From: a virus
Taxonomy: Duplodnaviria; Caudoviricetes
IMG/VR virus record: IMGVR_UViG_3300044268_006045
Span: 1-26,884 of that record
Strand: one strand, 5' to 3'
DNA: 26,884 nt
Shown here: piece after piece, positions 26,018 to 26,884 of the stretch
Numbering within the stretch: the stretch's first letter is position 1
Layout of the letters: every line of letters starts with the position of its first letter
The notes under the pieces: generated by a model
Database searches by the model: none
The model's input: only the letters and a program-made list of their open reading frames with translations
Told to the model about the DNA's origin: nothing
Translations under genes and position numbers: made by a program

Positions 26018-26118
26018 GACCGCTATAAGTGTCTGTTAGGCGGTGTAGCGCAGTGTTACACACGTCAGGACCAAACGCGGCTATTAACGCCATATTTCAT
26101 AATTTAGGAGAAAATATA

Positions 26119-26884
26119 ATGGCAACTAGAAAATTAACCCGTTCCCTTGACTTGTCTCAAGCAAGAGGCGGTGCACAAGCGGTAGCAGTATCTGGTGGTA
26201 CACGCATCGATGCAACTCAGCTTGGTGTTAAGATCGGTGACAACATGTTCGATCTGTACGACGTGCTTGACGCGCTGGATTTCCAATCCGCTGATGCGCT
26301 TCAGTCTGAAGCCACCCGCGCGCAGGCAGCTGAAGCAGCGATCGTTGCAGACCTTGATGCTGAAGTTACTCGTGCGAAGGCATCTGAAGGCGTAATCTCT
26401 GACGCTCTTGCAGCAGAAGTTACTCGTGCGAAGGCATCTGAAGGCGTAATCTCTGACGCTCTTTCAGCAGAAGTTACTCGTGCGAAGGCATCTGAAGCAG
26501 CAGTTGCAGCAGATCTTGCAGCATATGAAGCATCTAACGATGCAGCACTTGCAGCAGAAGTTTCACGCGCACAAACAGCTGAAGGCGTAAACGCTTCCGG
26601 TCTCGCAGCAGAAATCACACGTGCGAAGGCATCTGAAGGCGCAATCTCTGACGATCTTGCAGCATATGAAGCATCTAACGATGCAGCACTTGCAGCAGAA
26701 GTTTCACGCGCACAAACAGCCGAAGGCGTAAACGCTTCCGGACTCGCAGCAGAAATCACACGTGCGAAGGCATCTGAAGCAGCAGTTGCAGCAGATCTTG
26801 CAGCATATGAAGCATCTAACGATGCAGCACTTGCAGCAGAAGTTTCACGCGCACAAACAGCCGAAGGCGTAAACGCTTCCGGTC
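26119..26884 (+). CDS. Ala-rich coiled-coil fibre/stalk protein, 3'-truncated (not in the ORF track)
   Basis: SD AGGAG at 26106-10 and ATG at 26119 (MATRKLTRSLDLSQARGGAQ...). Frame stays open to the window end (255 codons) with repeated E-x-x-R-A-x-x-x-E units. Confidence 0.88.
   Translation, partial: MATRKLTRSLDLSQARGGAQAVAVSGGTRIDATQLGVKIGDNMFDLYDVLDALDFQSADALQSEATRAQAAEAAIVADLDAEVTRAKASEGVISDALAAEVTRAKASEGVISDALSAEVTRAKASEAAVAADLAAYEASNDAALAAEVSRAQTAEGVNASGLAAEITRAKASEGAISDDLAAYEASNDAALAAEVSRAQTAEGVNASGLAAEITRAKASEAAVAADLAAYEASNDAALAAEVSRAQTAEGVNASG
26308..26884 (+). repeat. Hierarchical 54-bp/87-bp coding repeats (141-bp higher-order unit)
   Basis: Unit starts (GAA) at 26308, 26362, 26416, 26470, 26557, 26611, 26698, 26752 and 26839, giving spacings 54, 54, 54, 87, 54, 87, 54, 87. 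Confidence 0.95.

Noticed and set aside
26039-26092. tRNA-like start GGCGGTGTAGCGCAGT with a partly matching TAACGCCA end
   Set aside because: Only ~54 nt, with no D-stem closure and no T-arm (GTTC), so it is not a tRNA.
25893-26093. 66-aa minus-strand ORF in the spacer
   Set aside because: Opposite to all other genes, has no SD, and its alternating pattern (LHLHVH, FEFEF) just reflects the hexamer tract.
26195-26759. ORF-track calls 26195-26395 (+) and 26301-26759 (-)
   Set aside because: Both overlap the longer SD-led frame from 26119, which the track missed because it has no stop in the window.
1-26884. Stop-codon reassignment, as in some large phages
   Set aside because: Code 11 gives near-complete coding density, and TAA, TAG and TGA all end genes at sensible, often overlapping junctions.

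Overview
A gene-dense window, all coding on the + strand, that looks like part of a large (probably jumbo) myovirus genome using standard code 11. The left part (1-6832) holds a sugar-modification cluster: a partial PLP aminotransferase, a GT2, a short UDP-glucose dehydrogenase and two GT4 enzymes, with a Cas4/AddB-like PD-(D/E)XK nuclease inside it. A small membrane protein, a phage sigma-factor-like protein and a small helical protein follow. The right part (6832-25618) is a contractile-tail baseplate/fibre operon: gp5-like spike, gp25, gp6/J, a DNRLRE-like protein, a LamG/gp7-like wedge, two unknown large proteins, a fibre with seven 28-aa repeats and a beta-sandwich-repeat protein. It ends with a DUF5659-like gene, a structured ~210-nt spacer and an Ala-rich coiled-coil repeat gene, missing from the ORF track, that runs off the window. 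Most interesting: four peripheral virion proteins are strongly enriched in a (S/T)-(G/A)-S tripeptide, which may be a sequon for the neighbouring phage glycosyltransferases. There is also a candidate RNA regulatory module around the DUF5659-like gene (RBS-masking stem, H-type pseudoknot, hexamer tract). All family calls come from motif recognition by eye; no searches were run.
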